A stretch of 64,000 nucleotides of DNA from Octopus sinensis (Eukaryota), in assembly GCF_006345805.1 (NCBI RefSeq), contig NC_043005.1, positions 98,456,001 to 98,520,000 of the forward strand. The letters run 5' to 3'. Position 1 is the stretch's first letter, and every line of letters begins with the position of its first letter. The translations under genes were made by a program, and so were the position numbers. Shown one piece after another: positions 12,075 through 25,080 of the stretch. Below the pieces are notes generated by a model. That model ran no database searches and was not told the origin of the DNA. It worked only from the letters and a program-made list of their open reading frames with translations.

Positions 12075-12620
12075 ATCATCATCGTTTAATGTCCGCTTTC
12101 CATGCTAGAATGGGTTGGACGATTTTGACTGAGGGCTGGCGAACCAGATGGCTGCACCAGGCTCCAATCTTGACCTGTCAGTTTCTACAGCTGGATGCCC
12201 TTCTAACGCCAACCACTCCGAGAGTGTAGTGGGTGCTTTTTATGTGCCACGGCACGGAGGCCAGTCAGGCGGTACTGGCAATGACCTCACTCGAATCTTT
12301 TTACACATGCCACTGGCACAGGTGCCAGTAAGGCGATGTTGGTAACGATCAGGCTCGAATGGTGCCCTTTTACGTGCCACCGGCATAGAAGCCAGTTGGC
12401 TGCTCTGGCAACGATCACGCTTGGATGGCGCTCTTGGCACCCTACTAGCATGGGCACAAGCGCCAGTAAGGCGACGCTGGTAATGATCACACTCGAATGG
12501 TGCCCTTTTATGTGCCACTGGCACGGAAGCCGGTTAGCTGCTCTGTCAAACGATCACACTCATATGGTGCTCTTTGCACCCCGCTAGCATGGATGCCAGT
12601 CATCGAATTTGATTTTGATC
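12075..12620 (-). mobile_element. RTE LINE 3' UTR-only insertion with subrepeat array
   Basis: catcatcatcgtttaatgtccgctttccatgctag tail and repeated ggtgc..ttttacgtgccaccggcac units, shared with the RT-bearing copy at 26607-27630. Confidence 0.85.
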
Positions 12621-13499
12621 TTGTACCTCATTATCCACTGCTTCAAAAATAGTAGGATGTGATAGGAGGGAAAATTGGCTGCTATTTCTATAAGTTTGAA
12701 GAACTGCATTGAGGTTACCTCATTGGATGTCTGAGCAGTCTAAGCCACCAATCTCAACATTACTGTACTTTACCATTGTATTTACAGCTAAAAGTCCTGC
12801 TAACCCTATCTCTATAAAATTTGAGTTAGAATGTATGACTTTAAAAAGAAAAGAGAAAAAGAGTACAACAAGGAGTAGAATCTAATACTTGATAAGCTGA
12901 GGTATACAAAATTACATACAGTGGCTAAAGCAAGATTTTTGAAATCCAAACTGTGATCCACACGTCTACAAGCCTCACTGCCAAAATATCTCTTGCCATA
13001 GAAATCATTACTAAGTTTAGAGGCTTTTCATTGAATATTTATGAATTTCTCACTCTTAACCCTCGTTTATTCGAATTTTCACTTATGTTCATACTTTTTC
13101 TTTCTTTTGATATATCCCTTGTTTTCTCCTCAGTATTTATCTCACCACATCACCGCTTTCATTATTGTTTTATAACACTGAGCAGACCTACGAACTAAAA
13201 GTAGGCCAGAATAGCCATCCTGTTTTTCTTTTTCTTTCATATAATGTATAACACACACACCAACAGAGGTATCCAGCTTCGCCAGAGAACTGAATATACA
13301 GAAACACCTTTTTTTGACTTAATTTATAGCAAGGTTTTATGTAATTATATTTGCATATATTTATTGTCTAAAGCTGAATGTTTCCAGCTTTCTGTAATGT
13401 GCAAAGCTTTTGAAACTGTGTTTATTGATAATTTTAATTTTGTGACTTAAGAAAATTCTATTATCGTTTTTACTTTATAAATGTCTTTTAATTCTAAAT

Positions 13500-13800
13500 T
13501 AATATGCAACACAAAAACAAAAGTAATTCTAACAGAGATGTGAACCAAGGAAGCTATCCTAATTGATAAGCTTAAACCAGCCTTAAACAATGGACAAGAA
13601 CATGAAGCAGTTTGCCTCCTATAAGAACACCAGTGTGTGCATGTTACTACACTCTTCAACATATCTGAGCAAAGATAACAGCTTTGTTTCATTTCCTATT
13701 TCTCTAAGTATCCTGATGAAGAGGTACTAACCCCAAAATATCCAAGAAATACAAGGTCAAACCTCAACTGTTGTTCTGTTTACGCTTTTGTATTTCATTC
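13500..13800 (+). mobile_element. Penelope-like element 3' end (GIY-YIG C-terminus plus terminal repeat)
   Basis: TKEAILIDKLKPALN at ~13545-13590 fits the PLE EA.LI...KP.LN ending; degenerate hammerhead core CTGATGA-a-gagg..cccc-aaaa at 13713-13738. Confidence 0.65.
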
Positions 13801-14079
13801 ATTTTGCATTGTTTCAGCCTTTACAAGTTTCACTCTAATTTAACATTACATGAGGCTTCATCCAAACAATTCCATACAAATGTCATCATGCCTGGACTAG
13901 ACTGAATTCACTGTATCAAATATAATGAAACTAATGGAGAAACAAGCAAAGATCTCACCAGATTGCTTTCCTAAAAGTTTATATTTCAAGTGTAGTTGAA
14001 ATACATCATCGCCCTTAACACAATTAGAAATATCCATGTAGCAGAATGCTTTAACCTAGCAAGACACAAAATCTTTATT

Positions 14080-14640
14080 TTCACCCACAATTTCATTACT
14101 ATAATACCCCTATACCAATAACCAATGTTCAGGGCTTCGTCGCTCCTGAAGGAGGAACCCCTTCCTGGATTCTTTCTACCACTGTCTGTCTCTGGCCAGT
14201 CGTGGCTATGTAGGCCCCAGGTTGCAAGTGAGATCATCTTGCCATTTTGTCTTTGATTGGCTTCTTGATCTTGTCCATTTTCTTTGTCCATTCAGTGACC
14301 CTGATTGTCCATCTGTTGTCCTTTAGTTGCACAATGTGACCAGCCCATCTATATTTGTTCTCCTTGATGGCTCTTATGGTGTCATTGACTCTCAGGTACT
14401 GTCAAATCCAGGCGTTGGTTTTCTTGTCTCACAATGTGATGCTGAGCCCAAGTCGTTCCATTTTCTGTTGGGCTGCGATGAGGGCATTTATGATGGTAGA
14501 ATGTACTCATTGCAGATCTTTCTTCTAACTTTCATGGAAACCTTGAAACTTCTCATGAGGCTTTCCACCTTCTCAAAGGCCACCCAACGAAGTACTACTA
14601 TTCTCTTGATTTCCGGGAGGAGATTTCCATCTTTGTAACC
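14080..14640 (-). mobile_element. RTE/RTE-X LINE 3' coding relic
   Basis: Minus frame VNDTIRAIKENKYRWAGHIVQLKDNRWTIRVTEW fits the RTE C-terminal RWAGH..R..D.RW motif. Confidence 0.85.
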
Positions 14641-15089
14641 ATTTTCTCCAAATAAACTCCTATGACACCTTCATATATGACCATTTCAATACACATTATC
14701 AATCTCGGGCCTAAAATCAAAACTCAAGCAACAATCAGACACTCCACTAGCACATTTACACAACATGATTAACCAATGATACCACAATAGTTTCTCCTAT
14801 GAAAATCACCTTCATCTACGCTTCTAAGTTGAGGACCTAAGTTTATATTCATACATCTTATTGATAAGCTTAGACTATACAGGATAGTTTATCCATTATA
14901 ATGAGTATTGGCTCTAAAGCATCTCTTACCTCCAGCCCATCCCCTCCCTTGTCCTCCTCTCTTTCTACTTCTCCTCCTCCTCCTCTTTTTCCTTCTTCCA
15001 CTTTTAGACTTCCAACCTATCACCTTGACAAGCTGCTTCACCCTCATCTACATAAAGCTAAACTAGTAAGACTTAAACTTTCAATATTT

Positions 15090-16270
15090 AACATCTTAGA
15101 TAACTCCACCTCGCTCACCCCGATCCACAAACCTTTTAGATCCCAAATCCATACCATACAGAATCTACAATCTAAGAACCTCAGACAAGAGGAACTAATA
15201 AGACTACATACGATAAATTAGCATTTCATTGATAAAACTACATATGACAAATTAGCACCAACATCTTAGTGACACCACACTACATGGAAAAGTCCACATC
15301 ACACCTAGTCAGCTTGAGGCCACTATAAATGCCAGATGGACAAATATTTAAGTAACAGAAAGTTATGTATGCTGTTTATATAAGTCGGACTGGTGTACTT
15401 ATTTTGATTGATACTTTCACTACGTTTTGGCTTTTGTATGTTCCAGCTTTTTTCAGGTGTTTTGTGTTGAACTCAGTTGTTATATTGGAATTTCGAACCT
15501 AACCCTTTATTTGATCTACAGGGGTACATTGGTCTCATTCCACTCTGTGTTTAATGACTTTTGTTTCAGTTGAATTATGCGAATTATTCTAGCACCTTGC
15601 CTATTGAACACAGAATCTTTAGGTGACTGCACTGCATTAACCAATGACTTTATCTACTAAACTAAGCCTGACTAATATAAACAATATACATAATATAAAT
15701 TCCTCATCTCAACAATACATAATTTTATTAACAAAAGCTCTCTAATGAGATTAGACTAAATTTCACAAACTAAATAACAAACATATAGTCTCTGGAATTG
15801 ATGAGCCTTTGCATAAAATTTCATGGCTTTCATCTAAACTCCTTAAGCTCTTACTATACACAATTCCTGGACACATTGATAGGTCCAACAAGCTCCCTAA
15901 AAGACTCAAAGAAATCACACCCCCACCACCATACTTAGATACTTAGGATGCAGTTTCCCTCTATACTTATGTCCACTCTTCCAGATGTTAACATCTTAAT
16001 CAACTGCATTCCATCTAATTTACTTTCTCTCTCTCTCTCTGCTTCTTCTTCATCCTCCTCCTTTTCCTCTTCTTAACCAAGCTCCACTGCTTTGGTCTTA
16101 CACTCTCAGACATTCACAAACTATAGACCAACATTGTATGAAACACATACTTCCAGTATGACAATATAGTGAAGAAATCTCAGGTCTACCGATGAGATCA
16201 AGAATATCAGATCTGCTAGCCATCATATACATGGGCCAGCTTGAGTACACTGTGCTTAGCACCTGCCTCT
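15090..16270 (+). pseudogene. Penelope-like RT relic, interrupted
   Basis: TYDKLAP..LHGKVH (~15240); *DAVSLYTYV (~15945); NTYFQYDN..GLPMRSRISDLLAIIYMGQLE (~16140-16245). A minus-strand PLE terminal-repeat-like insert lies at ~15340-15600. Confidence 0.85.
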
Positions 16271-16470
16271 CTTACATAATGAAAAAAAAAAAAAAAATAT
16301 ATAAGAAATATATATAATGATTAAAGCAAACAGAAACAGCTATTAATACAAGAGACAGAAAATGAAAATATGAAGTGTAAAATGAAAATATTTCAAAGTA
16401 AGATAATGACATGATAGCTGAAGTTTCTAAGAGTAACCAGTCGTCATTTGATTATGTAAGTATAGATAAA

Positions 16471-16861
16471 TCTCTCTCTATATAAAGCTGAAGTTGTCTG
16501 TGTGTGGCAGGTTTGGCAGCCTTCAACAAACACTATCTCCTCTGAGACCCTGCGGCGCAAGTTGACCAAAATTGAGAGCATGATAGAAGGCTTGCTCTTC
16601 CTTTCGTAGAAGAAAAAATTCAAATCGGACCATGTTAACACCAAAAATTATTTACATCAAAAAGGTGCTTTTTTTTTCTATGAAAATCCCTATTTTTTAC
16701 GATTTTTTGACCACTGTGTCGCCATTTTTCGGTGTATTTCAACCAGAAAAATGTTCTCTTAAAGAGAATAACAAGCTATATAATGCAAAATTTTTACTTT
16801 TCAAAAATTCCAATTCTAAAGGGTCGAAACAAACCCGAGCAACGCCGGGCGATACTGCTAG
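16471..16861 (+). mobile_element. Non-autonomous Helitron, ~390-bp family, copy 1
   Basis: A|TCTCTCTCTATATAAAGCTGAAG...cccgagcaacgccggg hairpin...CTAG|T; closely similar to 34599-34989 and 38876-39253. Confidence 0.9.
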
Positions 16862-17340
16862 TCAGAAATGAAAGGTAATATTAGTGAGAAATGAAATGCA
16901 GTCACTGTAAATTTAAATGTATTTATATATTCCTATACTACTCACGATGTGACATTGGTAAGCTACAACTACCGTGAAATATGTATCTGTCACTCTTGTG
17001 ATCACTTCTGGGATGATTTCATTTCACTTAGCTCTGAAATGCATTGTTTTTTAACATGTTATATGTTTTTAAAGGGATTTTTGCTGGATGGAAAATCACA
17101 GCTTCTGGTGTTTAAACAACATATATTAAGTATTTTGTATCGGTAATATATAAATATATATAAAACAGGAAAAAGGAGTGTCAAAGAATCTAAAAAAGCT
17201 TATGATGTCAATAGGTTGTTTAAGCATATATATGTATATTGCTTATAGAAAATGTGTCTATGTGTGTGTAGAGCATACACATACGATGTATGTCTGTGTG
17301 AATATTTGAGGGTGCATGCATGTACATGCAGGAATGCAAC

Positions 17341-17526
17341 CAGGGCTTTGAGCCCAGCCAAGCACGAAAACTCTAACAACTCTCTTGTCTCCTGTGAGTT
17401 TCAGGACATGTTCACCTGGTGATCCATAACCATAAAACCATTTTGTCTTCACCGTTTTGTTTGATTGATTAACATACATGAACTCCATTTGGTATTCCTC
17501 CACCTCCACTATTTTTTTGTGGCACT
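17341..17526 (-). CDS. Candidate host coding exon (186 nt, phase 1-1), possibly part of a discoidin/F5-8-type domain
   Basis: Open, complex peptide CHKKIVEVEEYQMEFMYVNQSNKTVKTKWFYGYGSPGEHVLKLTGDKRVVRVFVLGWAQSP; acceptor catag after a T-run; weak GTTGCA donor. Domain call is by eye only. Confidence 0.4.
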
Positions 17527-18224
17527 CTATGTCCAATTTTTGGTAAAAAAAAAAGTAGTTGATTAATTACTTTATTCTATCTTATTTGCTTCTAATTATG
17601 CATTTCTGTTTCAATATGTTCCAAAAATGGGCATTCTGGCATCTAAATGGGGTGCAACACTTAAACCAACCATATATGGCCCAAATAACTTACATGTTAT
17701 ATGTTCAAACCATCCGAATCCAACCTGTCACAGATACCTAACAATGTCACTTTAAAAAAAAACCATTACATCATCAAAATTTCAACATGATTAATTCAAA
17801 ACAATGTGAATAAATAAGCAGTATATTTGACAAAGTAATCTGAAGGCTAAGGGTTTAAATATATATCAAGTTAACTACTATATTAAGAGAAGACAGCTTA
17901 ATTCAGCAGAACCATATATTTACTACTCATAAAATGCACTAATGAGAAATTATATTCATTATGAAATAACACAACTATATATATGTGTGTGTATCCATAT
18001 GCCTGCAGGATGCTTTAGCATCAGTGGTTTAACCAGATACAGATTATGAAACAGCCATAAACATATGGAATAAATATTTTATCTCTCACTTCTCTAAAAT
18101 TTAATCGCAGGCACACACACAGGTTTTATGACACAAAGAGGATATTAGAACTCAAAACAAGATTATATATATTTTTTATTAAGTGGCAGAAGTTAGAGTG
18201 ACCCAAGGGCGAGAGTTTCGTGCA

Positions 18225-18420
18225 CTGCACTTATCAACGTGTCAGTGTGTGTATGTGTGTTTGTCCCACCACCACAGTATGACTATCGGGGTTGGCTTGT
18301 TTACGCTTTCATAGCCTAGTGGTTCGGCACAAGTTTCGACAGATTTAGTACCATGCTTTATTCGACTAAACCCCTCAGGGCGATGCTCTAGCATGGCCGT
18401 AATCAATGACTGAAACAAAA
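18225..18420 (+). mobile_element. SINE family I, 3' portion (degenerate)
   Basis: tttgtcccaccacc..ggttcggcacaag..gatgctctagcatggccgtaatcaatgactgaaac. Confidence 0.7.
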
Positions 18421-19212
18421 GAACACTCAAACACATGTATGTAGTATGTATGTATGTATGTATTATGTACCACACACACATGTGTATATGCATGTACCAC
18501 ACACACACAATGTGCTCACGGTGTAGCCTGTATATATGTGGTCACTCAGTATGCAAGAGACAGAAGCTAACTCTAGTTCAAACAACACACATTACGCACG
18601 CAATACCATAAGATATAGAAAAAAAAAACGTGGTGGTCATTGTTAGAATACCAAGTGTCAGTGGCTGGCCCTAGTGGGGATGACTTGGAATTAATCGAAA
18701 CACACACATCTGTGTTTGTGTATGTGAAAGAATGTTTCCGTAGCTGACTGCACAACACGTATCTTGTGTAAATGTAGACACGAAAACAAAGGAAGTGGCA
18801 CATAAGATCTTCATACAACATATTTTAATAACGCTAGTTTTTTTTATTGATGTCGCCACTTTCTAAATTTAGCACACACATGCATGCACGTTGATTTGAA
18901 TATAATAAATCTCAACATGTATAGATAAATATTTAGCCATATATATATATTATAGGTACGGGTACGTTTTCTATCCAAATGCTTTTTAACCAACCAAATA
19001 TTTACACGTTTTCACAGCTTTTTCTGCTTCGAGATTCAACATTCAAAACAAAATATTTATATGTACAAATTGAACTGGTTTAATCTTTTAGAGCACAGGA
19101 TATATTCACATAAACATACAGTATATGTACACATATTAATTATACACGTAGTAAACGAAATCCGTCTATACGCGCGTATTTGTGTGTGTGTGTATATATA
19201 TATATACACACA

Positions 19213-19250
<38 letters not shown>

Positions 19251-19251
19251 C

Positions 19252-19498
<247 letters not shown>

Positions 19499-19684
19499 AA
19501 CATTGATATGTTTGCATGTGTGAATATATAGTGTACATTACATGTACAAACGATGGAGTCATGAATTTGAAAAACAAATCCATTTTTCTCTCCGTTATGA
19601 GGGAACTCAGCTGGGGTGGCACACTTGCGTTAGATATGCCACGGCGTTGTATTCGACGGCATACCTACACAAATGTAGGCATAC

Positions 19685-19751
<67 letters not shown>

Positions 19752-20333
19752 CGTATGCACACACTTGTGTAGATGTGCCATGATATTATATATATAAATG
19801 CATGTTTATGCTTAGTTTTCACAAGTCAAACAATGGCACGCTTCCATCTTTTGTACGTACATTTAACGTACAACAGACACACATCCAGACATACACGAAG
19901 TCTGTTCAAAGTCTCTGTATGTATATATACACACATAAACATACATACACACACACACATACGTGCATGTGTGTGTGTAGTTTACGTGCATACACACCCA
20001 CTATATGCCTGGATACAAATTTTCATATTACAGTCTCTCTCTCTCTTTATATATATGTTTGAGCATGTACGTGTGTGTATACACCAACCAACACATGGAA
20101 CATACACAATAGACACCATATGTATAATAAATTAAGGCATTTCCTGTCGTAAATATACATCTTTACAACGAAACATACACACAGTTGTTTATATACATGC
20201 ATACAATGCAGTAGATAATATGTTTGAAGCTGTTTTTCAGTTGCTACATATCTATATCAACGCTACACAATAAAATAACCTTTCAATAAATATCTTTGAT
20301 ATTTTCGCCTACACACACACACACATATATATT

Positions 20334-20401
<68 letters not shown>

Positions 20402-21494
20402 GCACACATTGCTAATACTGCAATGCAAAAAAATGCCACCATAATTGAACTGGCTGTTTTTTTATATATAAGGTATAGAGTTTCGGGTAAGCACCTCTGT
20501 TTTGAAGAACAGCTAGCACTGAATGCAGTGATGCCAATTTGTGGTAACAACACCATCAACAACGAGCCATCATACGATCGTTTATCTTGCTGGAAATAAT
20601 AGCCAATTCTCCTTCCAGTCAGCCCCAACCATCGAAAACACACATTTGAATATGCAGTGTTGAATATATGAAAAGATGAAATATTTATAGAAGGAACGCC
20701 CTTTAATAATAATAGGTTTGCTCAGTCAGGACTGAGCTAGGATTAAAAGCTTAAACAAGGATAACAAGAGCAGCAAAGACAGGGGAAATGAAGGATTCTT
20801 GTGATGGCATTAAGTCGAACAGAGCAAGTGTTGTTGTTTTGGGTGAGAAACACTCGAAAACAAGGTAAGACAACAAAATGAAAGATCAACAAACATCGAG
20901 ATTAGCAACAATAATAAATAATAATAATAATAAAGAGTAGATTGAATAATGACGAAATTGAGGCTTTAGCGTCGACATATTTGACAAATCCAAACAAACC
21001 ATTGCCCTCCTTGCTTTGTTGTCAAGTGATACTGCGACATAATTTATGGTCGGGAAGAAGAACAACAACAACAAATTTCAAATCTCTTATTATTAAACAC
21101 TTTGTCAATTTTCTGTCTATCGTTTCGTTTGATTATGAAAATCCATTACATATACATTGATATATCTTTCTTTCCCATTATCCACTTATTAACCGTATTT
21201 TCTTTCACAAACACAAACATTCTGTCCGCTGTCCTTCAGTTACAGACACGATTACAAATAATAATAAATCGACAGAAATTGTCCATTCCTTTCCCTCTGC
21301 ATCCACCTATTTCACTTCGTCTCTGTCATTCTCATTTTCCGTCTCAATACTTCCTTTTATCACAACATAACAACATACAATAATCTATTTTGTATTTCCT
21401 TCTCGATGTCTCTCTTAACACACATCTCCTTTCTTTTTCCTTTCACGATTATTTTTCTTTTTTGTTGTCATACATTTCCTATACTAGCTTTAGC

Positions 21495-21533
<39 letters not shown>

Positions 21534-21699
21534 TTATATACTTTCTTTCTCGCTGTGTCACACAATAAACAAAACATCACGATGCAATATCCACACCAGT
21601 TATGTTACCATTCATCTGACAATTTAGGGAAACTGTCCACACACAAAACATATACATGGAAATATATATGTGTATATATATACATATGTATGTACATAC

Positions 21700-22229
21700 C
21701 AGCTGTAGTAGTGCCACTACTACTATGAGTAGCAGCAGTAGAAGCAGCAAACCCGGTGGAGATGTTGCAGTGAGCAACGTAGACGCCTGGCCGCAACAAT
21801 ACGACGACGGTCCCTCGTGGCGGAGGAGGCGACGGATGGATTATTGGTACAAGTTGGAGTGGTGGTGGAGGTGGAGGTGGTGGCGGTGGCGGTGGTAGTA
21901 CACTTAATGGTATTATTATCAATGCTGCTGTTTTGTTAGTGTTGTTGATAGTGATGATGATAATAGTAGTAGTAGTAGTAGTGATGGTGTTGTTGTTGTT
22001 GTTAGTATTGGTTGCCGTAACACTTTTCCCCCCGATTCTGAGCTGCAGTACGACCGCCAGACGTACAATGACGGGAGAAGAGTCAGTCCCGTCTCCTGGT
22101 TTTCCTTCTCCGATTCTCCTCCTCCTCTTCCCACCACGCAACACTACTATTACTAATACTACTATCACCACTACTATTACTACTGCTCAGTGCAATGACA
22201 ATCTGTTGTTTGATTGAGTTTTGGTGAAA
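21700..22229 (-). other. Candidate host exon (530 nt, no ATG; 5' UTR-like), trinucleotide-rich
   Basis: Strong acceptor (ttatttcttttgatttttatccttcgctattccttacag) before 22229 and G|GTATGT donor after 21700; CpG-containing and lacks TE hallmarks. Confidence 0.35.
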
Positions 22230-23429
22230 CTGTAAGGAATAGCGAAGGATAAAAATCAAAAGAAATAATTGCAGATCCTAATATGACAAGTAAATATGAA
22301 AGAATGCGATGCAATGGAGCGGGCAGAAGTCTCTAATTAACTTGCAGCAGTATTAGTTTAGTAGAAGACAAAACTATGATTGTGATGCTGCTGATAATTG
22401 TTAATGATGATAATAATAAGGGTTTTGTTTTTATTTTCAAAACAAGGATGTCTTTATTGATAAAGTGTTCATTAATGCAGATAATTGCTGTGAGCATTGT
22501 AAGTGCATGCGTATGGAGGCAAAAGCTGAAGAATTAGGTCTACATTTATTAGAAGCAATTATTTGTTTAATTCATTATTGCTGCTGTCATCTGGATGCGA
22601 AGAAGAAAGTGAACGAAAATAGACAAAATGACAAAAAAAAGTTTAGATTTTCCTTCCTACAACGAAGTTGAAAACAGAGAAGAAGGAAAGTAAAGAGCGA
22701 AGGCTATGAAGAAATAGAAAAATAGACATTGAAAATAAGGAAGAAATATCAAATGAGCGGGATTGAGAGAAAGTGTGAGATTAAGAAGCATTAATGACAT
22801 ATAAATATAAAAGACGAGAAACGAAAAGGAATAAGAGAATAAGCCATTTCAAAAGCAAAAAGATTGTGATAGAAGTTAGTAGGAAGTGATAGGCAAAAAA
22901 AAAAAAAGTGGAGAAAAGAAAGAAGTGAAAGAATAGGTTAGAGAGAAAGAGAAAATAGATAGTGAAGAAAATGTTAGCGAGGGGGATATATAAATGTAAA
23001 AGAAAATACTGGTAAAATGAGTGAGAGTGGAGCGACGCGAGAAAAATTTAAAGAGAGAGTAAAAGTGGGAGAATGAAAGAGAGCTGGAGAGAAATGTGTT
23101 GTAAAAGTGATAGAGTATGAGAGATAGAGGGGAGTCAATTACAATTAGTTTTATGCGTTGAATGTTGGAAAAAAAATTGTTTACACTGATACATACAAAG
23201 AGAAAAGATGGCGAGATAAAAACGACAAATACGATAGATAGATAAATAAATAAAAAGGAATATGTGTCAATCAATTGACACTTAGTTCAACTCGTCGCTA
23301 CTTGTAAACGGAGAGGGAAAATGTTGAGAGAAAGGAAGAGGAAAGAGAACAGACAGAAAGAGAGAAAATAAGGAGGGGGAGGAGAGAAAATAGAATAAAT
23401 AAGAGAGGTGTTTCTTTTAATATCATTTA

Positions 23430-23790
23430 TCTTTTGTCTCAGTCATTGGCTTGTGACCATGCTGGAGCACCACTTTGAAGGGTTTTAGTCGAACGAATCG
23501 TCCTCAGTATTTTTTTTTTCAGTCTGGTATTTATTCTGTTGTTCTGTTTTCCTGAACTGCTACGTTTTGTTTTTATTTTCAAAACAAGGATGCCTTTATT
23601 AATATAGATAATTGCTGTGACGTAAATGTAAGCAAATCAACACCAGTTGTCAAGCGATTGTGGTGGGCAAACACACACGACAGGCTTCTTTCAGTTTCCG
23701 TTTGCCAAATCCCCTCACAAGACTGGTCAGTACGGGGTTATTGTGGTTGGGAAGTAAACTTCTTATCACGCAACCATGCCTGCGCCCATA
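23430..23790 (-). mobile_element. SINE family I (degenerate) with a templated insertion
   Basis: gaccatgctggagcaccac, gttgtcaagcg and acaggcttctttcagtttccg motifs; foreign 57 bp at 23564-23620. Confidence 0.8.
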
Positions 23791-24129
23791 AAGGAGGAAA
23801 TTGAGGAATTGATATATAAGTAAGGTAAGGGGGAAAAGTTAAGTGAGAAGTAAGATTAAGAAACGAAAAGGAGGGAAATAAACAAGAAAGAATAGCCAGA
23901 AAGTGAGAATAGGAAATGGAGAGAAATTTTAAAATAAGAAAATAAAGTAGAACAGGAAAAGGAAATAGTAAGAGAAAGAAAGAAATTACCAAATGACAGA
24001 AAAAAGTCAAAATACCGAAAAGTAGAAAAACAAATTCTACTCATCATTAACTACATATTTATTTTCATTTTATGCAATTGTTATTCGATAATTCATTCAT
24101 TCAAAACACACATATATATACAGCAATGA

Positions 24130-25080
24130 GTATGTTTATGCCAGTGCAAAGGGTCCAAGAGGCAGCAGAGGAAAATTGTTGTAAAAAGCAGTGAAGTATA
24201 TCTGACAGGGACAGTATGCTTGTTCCTCTGGCCTTGAACTTGACAGCTAGCCATAAGCTGATTTATAACCTGAGATTAATGACCCTCTGCTATGGGTATA
24301 ATCAGTGTTATTACTATTATTTTCAACAATGAAATAAGACATTTGACTGAACAGTTACTGACCTAGTAAGCTCCTCTTGTTTGCTGTAGCTAACATCTTG
24401 CCAACTTCAAACAAGCTTATAATTTAGGGCAAAGAAGTGGGCTTGGCCTGAAAGTAGTGTGGGACAACTTCAACCTTGAACCCTTTTTTGACCACATATC
24501 CTAAAGGCCTGGGTGAAGGCTGATGCAAGTGGAAACATGACAAGATCCTTACAGAAATTTCAGAGTGGTTAGAATCTGTAGAGTGTTAAAGTCAACAACA
24601 GCAGGCATCACCAATTCAAAGTGTCAAATACTAAAGAGAATGTAATACAACTCCAAACGCAGGAGAAAACCTGCATTTTGAATCAAGTGTAAGTGGGAGA
24701 CATAAGTGGACCTGGAGAGAAGATTCATCTTTCTGAAAGAGATGGCAGTAACATCACTTTGACCAGCCATAATTTTTCAACATCCAGGAGCATACAAACC
24801 ATTTTAGTAGCCAAACACCTAGTACCCTGAGAGGAAAGACTCAACATCTCTTACCAGATATCAGGATTTGATTGATGAGGCTCTTTTCAAAGGATGATGC
24901 ATCGTGTCATTCCTCATTGAGATTGGGTCTCACAGTTTTCCAGTGAGATCAATGCCCTATTGCTTGCAGAAGATCAATTTGGGATCCAATCAACTCTAGA
25001 AGGTTACTATGGAAGCTGAAGATAGTTATGGTTGAGTGACTGCAAATGGAGCCCATCTACAGCTGAAGGCTAATTTAGAC
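24130..25080 (+). pseudogene. HERO-like RLE non-LTR retrotransposon C-terminal relic
   Basis: VANILPTSN..; TYPKGLGEG*CKWKHDKILTEI (cf. CPKALGEGRYRWRHDQVL); TSL*PAI..YPERK..RYQDLIDE..IEIGSHSF (PD..E restriction-like endonuclease). Confidence 0.8.

Noticed and set aside
20263-20643. Coding exon CFRWLGLTGRRIG...
   Set aside because: No convincing splice sites or motif; the ORF runs into (TA)n.
21933-22217. Plus-strand transmembrane or signal-peptide ORF
   Set aside because: Hydrophobicity comes from (GTA)/(GTT) repeats; the splice signals favour the opposite strand.
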